A stretch of 64,000 nt of DNA, from NCBI GenBank assembly GCA_047602265.1, contig JASGHU010000002.1:2299-66298 (forward strand). The letters run 5' to 3'. Under the pieces are notes generated by a model, which did not search any database, was not told the DNA's origin, and worked only from the letters and a program-made list of their open reading frames with translations. Both the position numbers and the translations under genes were made by a program. Below, piece after piece: positions 33,475 to 44,245 of this stretch. The stretch's first letter is position 1. Every line of letters starts with the position of its first letter. The DNA is from Spongiibacteraceae bacterium. Lineage in GTDB: Bacteria; Pseudomonadota; Gammaproteobacteria; Pseudomonadales; CAMLJR01.

Positions 33475-35052
33475 ATGACTACACATCCCAATTTCGCTCC
33501 CGTCAAACGCGCTCTTATCAGTGTGTCGGATAAAACCGGCATCGTCGATTTTGCCAAGCAGCTCACCGCACTCGGTGTTGAAATTCTGTCGACGGGCGGC
33601 ACTTACAAATTATTGAAAGACAATGCCGTCGCCGTCACCGAAGTTTCCGAATATACGCAATTTCCGGAAATGATGGATGGCCGCGTCAAAACGCTGCACC
33701 CGAAAATTCACGGCGGCATTTTGGGCCGTCGCGGCACTGACGACGACGTGATGTTTGAACACAGCATCAAGCCGATCGACATGGTGGTCGTGAATTTATA
33801 TCCGTTCGAGCAAACCGTCGCGAAACCGAATTGCTCGCTCGAAGATGCGATCGAAAATATCGATATCGGCGGACCGACGATGGTACGTGCAGCGGCAAAA
33901 AATCACGCGTTCGTTAATATCGTGGTAAATACCTCGGATTACTCGGCAATCATCGACGAGCTGAAAAGCAACAACGGCGCGACGAGCTACGCCACACGCT
34001 TTAACCTCGCGATTAAAGCCTACGAACACACCGCCGCTTACGACGGCGCCATCGCCAATTATTTCGGCCGTCTGGTTCCGGGCGGTAGCGAACAATTCCC
34101 GCGCACCTTCAATCTGCAATTCATCAAAGCGCAGGAAATGCGTTACGGCGAAAACCCGCACCAGCTTTCCGCGTTCTACGTTGAAAAGGCGCCGAAAGAA
34201 GCGAGTATTTCGACCGCGAAACAATTGCAAGGCAAAGAGCTGTCATACAACAACATCGCCGACACCGATGCTGCGCTCGAATGCGTCAAGCAATTCGAGC
34301 AGCCTGCATGCGTTATCGTTAAACATGCGAATCCCTGTGGTGTTGCTATCGCAGAAAATATTGGCAAAGCGTATGACCTCGCCTTCGAGACCGATACCGA
34401 ATCCGCATTCGGCGGCATCATTGCGTTTAACCGCGAACTCGATGCGAAAACTGCGCAAACGATTGTCGATCGTCAATTCGTCGAAGTGATCATTGCGCCG
34501 AGCGTTGCTGCGGGCGTGAGCGACATCGTCGCCGCAAAGAAAAATGTACGCCTGTTAATTTGTGGCGAGCTGACAGCCCAGGGCCGCGCGTGGGATTACA
34601 AACGCGTCAACGGCGGCCTACTGGTGCAGGATCGCGATCTCGGCATGGTCAGCGCGAGCGATTTGAAAATCGTCACCAAACGTCAACCAACCGAAGCGGA
34701 AATTCGCGATTTGTTATTCACCTGGAAAGTCGCGAAATTTGTGAAATCGAATGCCATCGTTTACGGCAAAGATGGCCGCACCATTGGCGTGGGCGCGGGA
34801 CAAATGAGCCGCGTCAATTCAGCGCGCATCGCTGCGATCAAAGCCGAGCATGCGAAACTCGAAGTGAAAGGCGCGGTGATGGCATCCGATGCGTTCTTCC
34901 CGTTCCGCGATGGTATCGATAACGCTGCAAACAATGGTATTAGCTGCGTAATTCAGCCCGGCGGTTCGATTCGCGACGATGAAGTTATCGCAGCAGCGGA
35001 TGAACACGGCATGGCGATGGTCTTCACGGGCATGCGGCATTTCCGTCACTGA
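33475..35052 (+). CDS. purH: Bifunctional AICAR transformylase / IMP cyclohydrolase
   Basis: [31 protein letters not shown], and a C-terminal ..MRHFRH. Confidence 0.95.
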   Translation: MTTHPNFAPVKRALISVSDKTGIVDFAKQLTALGVEILSTGGTYKLLKDNAVAVTEVSEYTQFPEMMDGRVKTLHPKIHGGILGRRGTDDDVMFEHSIKPIDMVVVNLYPFEQTVAKPNCSLEDAIENIDIGGPTMVRAAAKNHAFVNIVVNTSDYSAIIDELKSNNGATSYATRFNLAIKAYEHTAAYDGAIANYFGRLVPGGSEQFPRTFNLQFIKAQEMRYGENPHQLSAFYVEKAPKEASISTAKQLQGKELSYNNIADTDAALECVKQFEQPACVIVKHANPCGVAIAENIGKAYDLAFETDTESAFGGIIAFNRELDAKTAQTIVDRQFVEVIIAPSVAAGVSDIVAAKKNVRLLICGELTAQGRAWDYKRVNGGLLVQDRDLGMVSASDLKIVTKRQPTEAEIRDLLFTWKVAKFVKSNAIVYGKDGRTIGVGAGQMSRVNSARIAAIKAEHAKLEVKGAVMASDAFFPFRDGIDNAANNGISCVIQPGGSIRDDEVIAAADEHGMAMVFTGMRHFRH

Positions 35053-35067
35053 TTAACTGTTACATTC

Positions 35068-35135
35068 GTAGGGGCGCTGCTTGCTGCGCCCTTTGGAATT
35101 ACGACATACCAGGGCGCAGCAAGCAGCGCCCCTAC
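35068..35135. repeat. REP-like perfect palindrome (25 bp arms, 18 nt loop) between purH and purD
   Basis: gtaggggcgctgcttgctgcgccct (35068..35092) and its exact reverse complement agggcgcagcaagcagcgcccctac (35111..35135). It may also act as a terminator or RNA stabiliser for purH. Confidence 0.8.
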
Positions 35136-35140
35136 TGGAT

Positions 35141-36442
35141 ATGAAAATGAAGGTTTTGATTATCGGCAGCGGCGGACGCGAACACGCACTGGCTTGGAAA
35201 GTTGCACAAGCCGCACGCATCGAAAAAGTTTTCGTCGCACCCGGCAACGCGGGAACGGCACGCGAAAACAAAGTCGAAAATATTGCAATCGATCCGCTCG
35301 ACTTTGAAAAGCTGATGGCTTTCGTTGAAGCGAACGATGTTGCATTAACAATCGTTGGTCCTGAAGCTCCGCTCGTTGCCGGTATTGTCGATGCATTCGA
35401 GCAACGCGGCCTGCGCTGCTTCGGTCCGCGCAAAGGTGCAGCGCAACTCGAAGGCTCGAAAGCGTTCACCAAAGATTTTCTCGCACGTCACAAAATTCCA
35501 ACAGGCGCTTATCAAAACTTTACCGAGATCGAACCCGCGCTTGCGTATATTCGCAAACACGGCGCACCGATTGTGGTGAAAGCCGATGGCCTCGCTGCCG
35601 GTAAAGGTGTGATCGTTGCGATGACAATCGCCGAAGCCGAAGACGCGGTGCGCGACATGCTCGCGGGCAATGCGTTTGGCTCAGCCGGCTCACGCGTCGT
35701 GATCGAAGAATTTCTCGACGGCGAAGAAGCGAGTTTCATCGTCATGGTCGATGGCGAACACGTATTGCCGATGGCGACGAGTCAGGACCACAAACGCGTT
35801 GGCGATGCCGACACCGGCCCTAACACCGGCGGTATGGGGGCGTACTCACCCGCACCCGTTGTTACCGATGCCGTGTTCCAACGCGCAATGGATGAGGTGA
35901 TTTATCCAACCGTTCGCGGCATGGCGGCGGAAGGAAATTCGTATACCGGATTTTTGTACGCGGGCTTAATGATCATGGCCGACGGCAGTCCGAAAGTGAT
36001 CGAATATAACTGCCGTTTCGGCGATCCTGAAACACAGCCGATCATGATGCGGTTGCAATCCGATCTCGCCGCATTGTGCGAAGCGGCATTGGATAAAAAA
36101 CTCGATCAAATCGACGCGCAGTGGGACAAACGCGCTGCGCTCGGCGTCGTGTTAGCGGCAGGCGGATATCCTGGCGATTATCGCAAAGGCGATGTGATTA
36201 AAGGTTTGCCTGAAAACGAAACCGGCGCCGTGAAAACTTTTCATGCCGGGACAAAAATCGAAAACACAAATTCCGAAAATAACAACGTCGTTACCAACGG
36301 CGGTCGCGTACTTTGCGTCACTGCGCTTGGCAATACAGTCGCTGAAGCGCAAAAACTCGCGTACGCACAAGTCGATAAAATTCACTGGGAAGGCGGCTTC
36401 TGCCGACGCGATATCGGCTATCGCGCTATCGCCCGGGAGTAA
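35141..36442 (+). CDS. purD: Phosphoribosylamine-glycine ligase
   Basis: MKMKVLIIGSGGREHALAWK.. The start is at 35141 or 35147. The ORF-track start at 35081 would translate the REP palindrome and is rejected. Confidence 0.92.
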   Translation: MKMKVLIIGSGGREHALAWKVAQAARIEKVFVAPGNAGTARENKVENIAIDPLDFEKLMAFVEANDVALTIVGPEAPLVAGIVDAFEQRGLRCFGPRKGAAQLEGSKAFTKDFLARHKIPTGAYQNFTEIEPALAYIRKHGAPIVVKADGLAAGKGVIVAMTIAEAEDAVRDMLAGNAFGSAGSRVVIEEFLDGEEASFIVMVDGEHVLPMATSQDHKRVGDADTGPNTGGMGAYSPAPVVTDAVFQRAMDEVIYPTVRGMAAEGNSYTGFLYAGLMIMADGSPKVIEYNCRFGDPETQPIMMRLQSDLAALCEAALDKKLDQIDAQWDKRAALGVVLAAGGYPGDYRKGDVIKGLPENETGAVKTFHAGTKIENTNSENNNVVTNGGRVLCVTALGNTVAEAQKLAYAQVDKIHWEGGFCRRDIGYRAIARE

Positions 36443-36447
36443 TCGGC

Positions 36448-39162
36448 ATGCGGCAGCCGCATCGCGCACAAGCAATCGGGATGCGTTGGCTGCCGCTGTG
36501 GCTCTGTTTGGTTTGCGCATCGTCGTTCGGCGCACCGCTGATTAAGATCACGCACGAATTCACTCGAGCCGATCTTTCGCAATACGCAGACATCCTTGTT
36601 GACCCTTCGCTGCAACTCACGATCGATCAAGTAGCGACCTCACCCATCGCTAATAATTTTGCGCCGGCGACTTCTGCGCTATTTCAAAAAGCCGACCGCC
36701 GCAATGTTTACTGGCTGCGCCTGGGTGTCGATAACCCCTTGCACGAAACGCGCATGCTCGCCATCAATAGGCGCGTCTCCAACAATGTGGCGATCGAGGC
36801 ATTCGATGCATCGCTGCAACCGTTGCCGTTGCAACGAACCCCGCTGCTCAACCTGCTGATTCCACCTCAATCAAAACAATTATTTTATTTGCGGGTCGGA
36901 CCGGGTGCGCTGGAATTATCGCAACTCGAACTGCTCAGTCTCGAACAATATCTCGCCGATTATCATGCGCTGTCATGGCTGACAGGACTTTTTCAGGGCG
37001 TATTGTTATTTTTCGCTATCGCAGCAACCGGTGGCCGGCTGCTGCGCAACGACAACGCGTATTTGTGGCTAGCTGGCCATTGCTGCGTATTTTTCGTATT
37101 CCAAACACTGTATCGCGCCGATTACAACCCAATACTATTCAACTATATTCCGGAGTGGCCGCTGCGTAGCCCACTCCTCCTGACCTGCTTTCTGGTATCC
37201 AATATTTGTGGCATTCAGATCGCATTTCATCTGGCGATTACACGCACGGCACGCGGCAAGCATTTTTTGAATTTGTTGTTATGGATTTGTGCACTCGCAA
37301 CACCCATTGTTTTCATATTAAAAACCCCGATAAACACAGCCATGACGCTGTGCATCACACTGCTCGTCGCACTGACTACTCTGGCCATTGCGCTCTATAA
37401 CTTTTTGCTTTCGCATCGACGCGAGCTATTGTTCTATGCCCTCGCGCGCACATTGATGCTTCTAATCGCTCTCGGCGGCGGCTTCGCCTGGCGCAGCAAT
37501 AGCAGTTTGCGATTGATTACCGACAATATGATTCCGATTGCCATGACGGCAGAAGCCATCTGCCTGCTCGGCATTTTGGTATGGCGCAGTTTCGAACAGC
37601 AGCGCGAACGTATACACAGCGAGCGCGAAATTGCAGTATTGGAAGCCGAAGCGCGCAGCCGCACGGAAGTTGTCGCTGAGGTAGGGCATCGTGTGCGCAC
37701 GCCGATCAGCGGCGTGATCGGTATGCTCGATATGCTGGAGGACACTTCGCTCTCGACAACGCAGCTCGATTATTTGAATACGGTTCGTCGCGCATCGAAT
37801 GAACTGCTCAACACCGTCAATGAAATTAGCGATATCAGTCGCCTGCAATCGCAATCGGCTCTGCTGCAACAAAGCGTGCTCGATCCACACGCGCTGCTTA
37901 GCGAATGCATCGATGGTTTTCGCAGTACAGCTAAAGCCCACAATCTGGAAATCATCAGCGATATTTCGCCGAAATTGCCCGCTCGCGTTTGCGGAGACTC
38001 GACGCGATTGCGGCAAATCGTTTTACAGTTGATGCATCACATCATCAATCAATACCGCGACGGCGAAATTGTGGTGCACATGCGCCAGCTGCAACGCGAT
38101 TGGTTGCGTATCGAAATACAATCGCGAGCACTGCGTATCAAAGATACGAACGATTCCGATCGACGTTTTAATCCATCGCAGCCAGCGCAGGTTCGCTTCG
38201 CGATCGCGCGTCAGCTGGTCAACCTGCTTGGCGGCGTCATCGAGACGAAGCACACGCTCGATGACAACGTGCACACTGCTGTCGATTTAGAACTGCCGTT
38301 CGTGGAACGCGATGAACCCGACAACGCTGTCGATGTCACTCTGCAGAATAAGCGGCTGCTCGTCATCGATGACAACTCGACTTTCTGCGAGGTCATCGCG
38401 CGGCAGGTACAACACTGGGGCATGATGACGTTCGTTGCGCACAGCATTCACGAAGGGCTGGCGCACCTGCGCAATCAGCTCACACTGAGCCAACCGATCG
38501 ATATCGTGCTGCTCGACATCGACATTCCCGATCTCGAATCAAGCGATTGGCTACAGCGCCTGCACAACGAAATTCACCCGCTGCCGATGACGATTTTTCT
38601 ATCCAGCGATGCCAATGAAAATGCGCTCGCGCGCGCCATCGATTCTCGTCGGGTCTTGCTCAAGCCGATCAATCACGCGAATCTGAAAATAACGCTGATC
38701 GAAGAATTGAAACGCCGCGAACAACGGCGACTGCCGACCTCTCACAAACGCTCCGATCCGATTCGCTGCCTGTTTGCGGAAGACAATTCGCTCAATGCGG
38801 AAGTGCTGTCGTCGATGCTCGATCGATTGGGCGTCATTTACACCGCAACGAGCAACGGGCAAGAAGCCGTCGACGCCTGTCAGCGCGGCAATTTCGACAT
38901 CATTTTGATGGATTGGGATATGCCGGTCATGGATGGCTGGGAAGCCAGCCGCCGCATTCGCGAAATTTTCGCAGTGCGCAATCAGGCATCGATTCCGATC
39001 ATTACGCTCACCGCAAACACCGTTGAAGAATTAGGCGAGCGCGCACGTCAATCCGTCGCCGATGCGCATTTAGTCAAACCGATTCAACTCAACAATTTGC
39101 GCGAGCTACTCGAACACTGGACAGGCAAAGTCATTAAGCCGATCGATCACAGCCCCACTTGA
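36448..39162 (+). CDS. retS: RetS-like hybrid sensor: 7TMR-DISM periplasmic and 7TM modules, HisKA, degenerate HATPase, two receiver domains
   Basis: Signal and periplasmic domain, then about 7 TM helices. H-box is EVGHRVRTPISGVIGMLDML. The ATPase region has GDSTRLRQIVLQLMHHIINQY instead of an N-box and AQVRFAIARQLVNLLGG instead of the GxGLGL G2 box. REC1 is LLVIDDNS..IVLLDIDIPD..LLKP and REC2 is CLFAEDNS..IILMDWDMPVMDG..LVKP. It sits directly after purD, as retS does in P. aeruginosa (from memory). Confidence 0.7.
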   Translation: MRQPHRAQAIGMRWLPLWLCLVCASSFGAPLIKITHEFTRADLSQYADILVDPSLQLTIDQVATSPIANNFAPATSALFQKADRRNVYWLRLGVDNPLHETRMLAINRRVSNNVAIEAFDASLQPLPLQRTPLLNLLIPPQSKQLFYLRVGPGALELSQLELLSLEQYLADYHALSWLTGLFQGVLLFFAIAATGGRLLRNDNAYLWLAGHCCVFFVFQTLYRADYNPILFNYIPEWPLRSPLLLTCFLVSNICGIQIAFHLAITRTARGKHFLNLLLWICALATPIVFILKTPINTAMTLCITLLVALTTLAIALYNFLLSHRRELLFYALARTLMLLIALGGGFAWRSNSSLRLITDNMIPIAMTAEAICLLGILVWRSFEQQRERIHSEREIAVLEAEARSRTEVVAEVGHRVRTPISGVIGMLDMLEDTSLSTTQLDYLNTVRRASNELLNTVNEISDISRLQSQSALLQQSVLDPHALLSECIDGFRSTAKAHNLEIISDISPKLPARVCGDSTRLRQIVLQLMHHIINQYRDGEIVVHMRQLQRDWLRIEIQSRALRIKDTNDSDRRFNPSQPAQVRFAIARQLVNLLGGVIETKHTLDDNVHTAVDLELPFVERDEPDNAVDVTLQNKRLLVIDDNSTFCEVIARQVQHWGMMTFVAHSIHEGLAHLRNQLTLSQPIDIVLLDIDIPDLESSDWLQRLHNEIHPLPMTIFLSSDANENALARAIDSRRVLLKPINHANLKITLIEELKRREQRRLPTSHKRSDPIRCLFAEDNSLNAEVLSSMLDRLGVIYTATSNGQEAVDACQRGNFDIILMDWDMPVMDGWEASRRIREIFAVRNQASIPIITLTANTVEELGERARQSVADAHLVKPIQLNNLRELLEHWTGKVIKPIDHSPT

Positions 39163-39275
39163 TCGCTGCGCAAAAAATATTTCGGTCGATTTGCCTGAGT
39201 TGATTTTTCCTTGCGCGCGGCGGCAATATGCGCACAAGCCATTCCGAAAAAACCTTACCTGTGCAGGTGATACCG

Positions 39276-39931
39276 ATGAGCCGACATTTCTCGTTGATCG
39301 ATCGCGCGTTAATCCAATTCGATCAGGCCCTGCATACATTAATTCCCGGCAGCGTTCACGCCGACCGCCCTTCGCCAGCGAACAGCACTTCGCCGTTCAA
39401 TAATGCGACACCAGAACTCAGTGTCGAAGAGCAACGCCACAGCGCGGGATTGATGCGCATCAATCACACCGGCGAAGTCTGTGCGCAGGCGCTCTATCAG
39501 GGGCAAGCACTGACTGCTAAAACCGCACCAGTACAAAACGCGATGACACAAGCCGCGCGCGAAGAGATCGATCATCTTGCGTGGTGCGAACAGCGATTAA
39601 AAGAATTGAATAGCCGACCGAGTTTACTGAATCCTTTTTTTACGGCGCCTCTTATGCACTCGGCGCAGTGACGGGATTGCTCGGCGATAAAATCAGTCTA
39701 GGCTTTGTCGCTGCGACAGAGGAACAAGTTTGCAAACATTTACGCGACCATTTAACGCAACTGCCTGATCACAACGATGCCGATCGCGCAGTGCTCCAAC
39801 AAATGCTTGTCGATGAAGAAAAACATGGCACTGCAGCACTCGAACACGGCGGCGCGGATTTCCCGAACTGGTTAAAGCGCGGTATGACTGCGGTGTCGGG
39901 CGTGATGACCAAATCGACGTATTACGTTTAG
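39276..39931 (+). pseudogene. coq7: coq7 (2-nonaprenyl-3-methyl-6-methoxy-1,4-benzoquinol hydroxylase) interrupted by a 1-nt frameshift in a T7 run
   Basis: Two ORFs (to 39671, and 39668..39931) together give a complete Coq7: [32 protein letters not shown], then LGFVAATEEQVCKHL, DEEKHGTAA. Adding one T to the run at 39635..39641 restores ..[28 protein letters not shown].. The start is the ATG at 39276, with AGGTGA upstream. Confidence 0.8.
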
Positions 39932-39962
39932 ACGCCGGAGGGTATTTTATTCGCGCCCAGCA

Positions 39963-40415
39963 TCAGCGAATAAAACGTAAACCGCTGATCGGCGGATGAC
40001 AGATCAGCTGCACGACATTGCCATCGGGATCGAGACAATAAAAACTGCGCGCGCCATCGCGATGCGTTTTCGGCGCTTTCAGAATGCGTACACCATTGGC
40101 AGTCAAAAACTCGTGCCACGCATCGACCTGTTCGGGCGTATCGATAACAAAACCAATATGATCGAGTCGTTGCTGTGCAGGGTCGCGCGCTGCCCCCATG
40201 AAGCGATGAATCGCCAGGTTATCGTTGCCCGATGTCAGATAGAAATTATCCGGATCGGGATTCCACTCCACACGCATGCCGAGCAGCTCGGTGTAAAACC
40301 AAACGGTCTCGTCGAGCGCAGCCACGAACAGTGCGACGTGGCGCATTCCCGCGGTGGATGCGGGGCGCGCACCGCTCACACCGCTCATGCCCATTTCGGA
40401 ATTTGGCGTATTCAT
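39963..40415 (-). CDS. VOC (glyoxalase/bleomycin resistance/dioxygenase) family protein
   Basis: MRHVALFVAALDETVWFYTELLGM...DHIGFVIDT...RSFYCLDPDGNVVQL. The exact start among several Met codons is uncertain. Confidence 0.8.
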   Translation of the reverse strand: MNTPNSEMGMSGVSGARPASTAGMRHVALFVAALDETVWFYTELLGMRVEWNPDPDNFYLTSGNDNLAIHRFMGAARDPAQQRLDHIGFVIDTPEQVDAWHEFLTANGVRILKAPKTHRDGARSFYCLDPDGNVVQLICHPPISGLRFIR

Positions 40416-40418
40416 TAA

Positions 40419-40841
40419 TTACGGCTCGACAATCTCATAGGTATGCGAAATTTCGACGTCTGCCTTACCGAGCATGATCGACGCCGAGCAATATTTTTCG
40501 GCCGACAAATCCACCGCACGCCTGACATACGACTCCTTCAAGTCGCGTCCCTTGACGATGAAATGCATGCGGATCTTGGTAAAGACCGCCGGCACCGCAT
40601 CGGCGCGATCGGCTTCGAGCTTGACCTCACAATCGGTAACGTCCTGCCGCGACTTTTGCAAAATACTGATGACGTCGATCGACGAGCACGCGCCGACGCT
40701 GATCAACAGCATTTCCATCGGCCGCATGCCGATATTGCGACCGCCATGATCGGGCGGCCCATCGAGCACTACGGCGTGTCCACTCCCACTTTCGGCGACC
40801 AACGCAGCGCCATCGATCCACTTCACACTGGCATTTAGCAT
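40419..40841 (-). CDS. OsmC/Ohr-family (YhfA-like) protein
   Basis: GMRPMEMLLISVGACSSIDV...AEKYCSASIML, with the two conserved Cys regions of the OsmC fold. Confidence 0.8.
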   Translation of the reverse strand: MLNASVKWIDGAALVAESGSGHAVVLDGPPDHGGRNIGMRPMEMLLISVGACSSIDVISILQKSRQDVTDCEVKLEADRADAVPAVFTKIRMHFIVKGRDLKESYVRRAVDLSAEKYCSASIMLGKADVEISHTYEIVEP

Positions 40842-40999
40842 TTATTAGCCCATCAACACTTTGAAAACTTGAACAGATTAACATAAGGAGCATGCTCATC
40901 CGCCCAATCCTGGTAATTCACAGCGGTCATACTATCATTGAGTCACACTGCATTATCATTGGCACACATTGCGTTTAGCGTTGTGGAAAGAGGCGCACC

Positions 41000-41635
41000 T
41001 TGGTTACTGTCTCGTTAAAACCTGGAATTAAAAATATCGATGAGTTCTTAGCGCACTGTCATCGACGGCGCTATCCATCGAAAAGCACCATCATTTACGC
41101 GGGCGACGCCAGCGATTCGCTCTATTACATCATCAAGGGCTCGGTCACCGTACTGATCGAAGACGACGACGGCCGCGAAATGATCGTCGCCTATCTCAAC
41201 GACGGCGATTTCTTCGGCGAGATGGGCCTGTTCGACCCCGAAGACTCGCGCAGTGCGTGGGTTCGCGCCAAAACCGAATGCGAAGTCGCTGAAATTTCGT
41301 ACGCGAAGTTCAAAGAGCTGAGCGATAAACACCCGGAGATCGTATTCGCGATCGGCAACCAACTCGCTCGCCGCTTGCGCCAAACCACGAAGAAGGTCGG
41401 CGACCTCGCCTTCCTCGACGTGACTGGCCGCGTTGCGCGCACGCTGCTCGAATTGTGCAAACAACCCGATGCGATGACGCACCCCGACGGTATGCAGATC
41501 AAAATCACCCGGCAGGAAATCGGACGCATCGTCGGCTGCTCGCGCGAAATGGTCGGCCGCGTTCTCAAAACGCTCGAAGATCAGGGGCTGGTGCATGTGA
41601 AAGGTAAAACGATGGTGGTCTTCGGCACACGTTAA
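41000..41635 (+). CDS. vfr: cAMP receptor protein family global regulator (Vfr/Crp)
   Basis: TTG start with [41 protein letters not shown], and the [25 protein letters not shown]. Very similar to P. aeruginosa Vfr as I recall it, with adjacent trpC as in Pseudomonas. Confidence 0.9.
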   Translation: MVTVSLKPGIKNIDEFLAHCHRRRYPSKSTIIYAGDASDSLYYIIKGSVTVLIEDDDGREMIVAYLNDGDFFGEMGLFDPEDSRSAWVRAKTECEVAEISYAKFKELSDKHPEIVFAIGNQLARRLRQTTKKVGDLAFLDVTGRVARTLLELCKQPDAMTHPDGMQIKITRQEIGRIVGCSREMVGRVLKTLEDQGLVHVKGKTMVVFGTR

Positions 41636-41663
41636 ATCGTTAACCATCCCATGACCGAAAAAC

Positions 41664-41691
41664 AAAAAGGCGCTTTAAAAGCGCCTTTTTT
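41664..41691. terminator. Bidirectional rho-independent terminator between vfr and trpC
   Basis: aaaaaggcgc-tttaaaa-gcgccttttt. Confidence 0.8.
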
Positions 41692-41766
41692 ATTGCCGAT
41701 ATTCAATCCATCCCAGAGAAACAAACACTGACCCGTGGTTTAGAAAAACAAGCGCGGATCTTTGGT

Positions 41767-42582
41767 TTAAAAAAATAAACGCTGAAGCTCTGCCCCCGGA
41801 TCCGACGCGCGCATAAACGCTTCGCCGACCAGAAATGCATTCACGCCGTGCTGGCGCATCAAACCCACATCGTCGCGCGTGTGAATGCCGCTCTCGGTGA
41901 CGACAATCGTGTCGTCGAGCAAATCGTCGAGCAGATCGATCGTGGTATTCAAGTTAGTCTCGAAATTGCGCAAGTCGCGATTGTTGATACCGAGCAGACG
42001 ATTACCGAGCGGAATCGCACGCTCCAGTTCTTCGCGATTATGCACCTCGACCAGCACATCGAGCCCCCACTGCAAGGCGACATCGCTGAGTTCGTCGAGC
42101 TGATCATCCGATAACGCGGCGGCAATCAGCAGAATACAGTCGGCACCAAGTGCGCGCGCTTCGACGACCTGATACGGATCGACCGTGAAATCCTTGCGCA
42201 GCACCGGCAAACTGCAGGCTGCGCGCGCGGCCTGCAGATAGGCATCGCTGCCCTGAAAGAAGTCGACATCGGTGAGTACGGAAAGACACGCCGCACCGCC
42301 GCGCTCGTAACTTTTTGCGATCGCGACGGGATCGAAATTCGCGCGAATCACACCTTTGCTCGGCGAAGCTTTTTTGACTTCGGCGATTACGGCCGGCTCA
42401 TTTTTCTCGACACGACTCGCAATCGCTGCGACAAAATCGCGCGCCGCAGGTTGGGCGTTAGCGCGGGTTTCGAGTTCGCCGAAGCTGACGCTCTTGCGGC
42501 GCTCGGCCACCTCTTCGTGCTTGCGCGCGAGAATTTTTTTCAGCACGTCGGGTGTATCAGTTGCACCATAGCTATTGGTCAT
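41767..42582 (-). CDS. trpC: Indole-3-glycerol phosphate synthase
   Basis: [36 protein letters not shown]. Confidence 0.95.
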   Translation of the reverse strand: MTNSYGATDTPDVLKKILARKHEEVAERRKSVSFGELETRANAQPAARDFVAAIASRVEKNEPAVIAEVKKASPSKGVIRANFDPVAIAKSYERGGAACLSVLTDVDFFQGSDAYLQAARAACSLPVLRKDFTVDPYQVVEARALGADCILLIAAALSDDQLDELSDVALQWGLDVLVEVHNREELERAIPLGNRLLGINNRDLRNFETNLNTTIDLLDDLLDDTIVVTESGIHTRDDVGLMRQHGVNAFLVGEAFMRASDPGAELQRLFF

Positions 42583-43640
42583 AACAGCAACCCTTGCGTG
42601 AAGACGGCCAGCTCTTCCATTTTCTCGCCGGCGCGACCACCATGAATTTCGTCTTCGGCGAGCTGAACGCCGCGACGCCAGTCGGGAACAACCCCCGCCA
42701 CATACAGGGCAGCCCCCGCGTTGAGCGCAATAATATCCGCCGCCTTGCCCGCCAATTCAATATCGACACCGGCCTCGTCGTGCCCGCGCTTGAATGCCGC
42801 GCGGATCAACTGCAACGAGGACTGCGTATCCGGCACCGACAAACCGATCAAGCTTTGACTGCGCACGCCGAAGTCTTCCGGCTGCACATCATACTCCTGC
42901 ACGACGCCATTCTTCAGCTCGGCAACGCGAGTCGTGGTGGCCAGACTGATCTCATCGAGACCATCGCGCGCATGCACGACCAGCGCGTGTTCCGATCCGA
43001 GCCTGCCGAGCACCTCGGCGAGTGGGCGGCACAGCGCAGGATTAAACACACCGACCACCTGCCGTTTGACCGACGCAGGATTAGTCAGTGGGCCGAGAAT
43101 ATTGAAAATCGTGCGCAAACCGATTTCCTTGCGCGGACCGATCGCATGTTTCATCGCGCTGTGATGATTGACCGCGAACATGAAACCGACGCCAACTTCC
43201 TTCACACAGCGCGCTACTTGAGCCGGTGTTATATCGAGACGAACGCCTGCCGTTTCGAGCAGATCGGCGCTGCCGCTTTTCGACGACACCGCGCGATTGC
43301 CGTGCTTAGCAACGTGCGCACCTGCCGCTGCAGCAACAAAACTCGCCGCAGTAGAGACGTTGAATAAATTGGCGCCATCGCCGCCGGTGCCGACGATATC
43401 GACGAGATACGGCACAGCGCCGACATCGACCGGCGAAGCCAACTCGCGCATGACGAGCGCAGCACCCTCGATTTCATCGAGGCTTTCGCTTTTCATGCGC
43501 AACGCGATCAGCAGCGCAGAAATCTGCGCGGGCGTGCATTGCCCCGTCATCACCGAGCGCATGACGGCCTGCATCTCACTCGTACTCAAATCGAGATTGT
43601 CGGCAACGCGTGCGATAGCCGCTTTAATTTCCATACTCAA
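42579..43640 (-). CDS. trpD: Anthranilate phosphoribosyltransferase
   Basis: [46 protein letters not shown]. Overlaps the trpC start by 4 nt. Confidence 0.95.
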   Translation of the reverse strand: MSMEIKAAIARVADNLDLSTSEMQAVMRSVMTGQCTPAQISALLIALRMKSESLDEIEGAALVMRELASPVDVGAVPYLVDIVGTGGDGANLFNVSTAASFVAAAAGAHVAKHGNRAVSSKSGSADLLETAGVRLDITPAQVARCVKEVGVGFMFAVNHHSAMKHAIGPRKEIGLRTIFNILGPLTNPASVKRQVVGVFNPALCRPLAEVLGRLGSEHALVVHARDGLDEISLATTTRVAELKNGVVQEYDVQPEDFGVRSQSLIGLSVPDTQSSLQLIRAAFKRGHDEAGVDIELAGKAADIIALNAGAALYVAGVVPDWRRGVQLAEDEIHGGRAGEKMEELAVFTQGLLL

Positions 43641-43646
43641 CTCACC

Positions 43647-44234
43647 TTAACGTTCGCAACCATCGAGAAAGTTTTTCAACATCTCGTGGCCGTACTGCGT
43701 GAGAATCGATTCAGGATGAAATTGCACACCATCGATCGCGAGCGTTTTATGGCGCACGCCCATGATCTCGTCGATTTGTCCGTCCTCAGTTTGCGTCCAC
43801 GCAGTCATTTCGAGGCAATCGGGCAGTGTTTCTTTCGCGATGATTAACGAGTGATAACGGGTCGCCTCTAACGGGCTCGGCAAGCCGCGAAATACGCTCG
43901 TACCGTTGTGATAAATCTTTGACACTTTACCGTGCATCACCTGACGCGCGCGCACCACATCGCCACCGAAAACTGCGCCGATGCTTTGATGGCCGAGACA
44001 CACACCGAGCAATGGAATTTTTCCGGCGAAATGTTCGATCGTCGCCATCGAAATACCTGCTTCTCTTGGCGAGCATGGACCCGGTGAAATCACGATTTTT
44101 TCCGGACGTAATTTTTCGATATCAGCGACGCTGATTTCATCGTTGCGCACGACTTTCACATCGGCTTTTAATTCGCCAAGATACTGCACGATGTTGTAAG
44201 TAAACGAATCGTAGTTGTCGATCATTAAAATCAT
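43647..44234 (-). CDS. trpG: Anthranilate synthase component II (glutamine amidotransferase)
   Basis: [35 protein letters not shown]. Confidence 0.95.
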   Translation of the reverse strand: MILMIDNYDSFTYNIVQYLGELKADVKVVRNDEISVADIEKLRPEKIVISPGPCSPREAGISMATIEHFAGKIPLLGVCLGHQSIGAVFGGDVVRARQVMHGKVSKIYHNGTSVFRGLPSPLEATRYHSLIIAKETLPDCLEMTAWTQTEDGQIDEIMGVRHKTLAIDGVQFHPESILTQYGHEMLKNFLDGCER

Positions 44235-44245
44235 GGCGGCGCTCC

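Noticed and set aside
35081-35140. Longer N-terminal extensions offered by the ORF track for purD (35081), dsbD (24905), apaH (57756), rsmA (56541), prmA (29473), coq7 (39228), the OMP (22360) and the DUF3426 gene (30524).
   Set aside because: The extensions lack similarity to the family N-termini. They run through a REP palindrome or the upstream gene, and better-placed starts with signal peptides or RBSs exist downstream.
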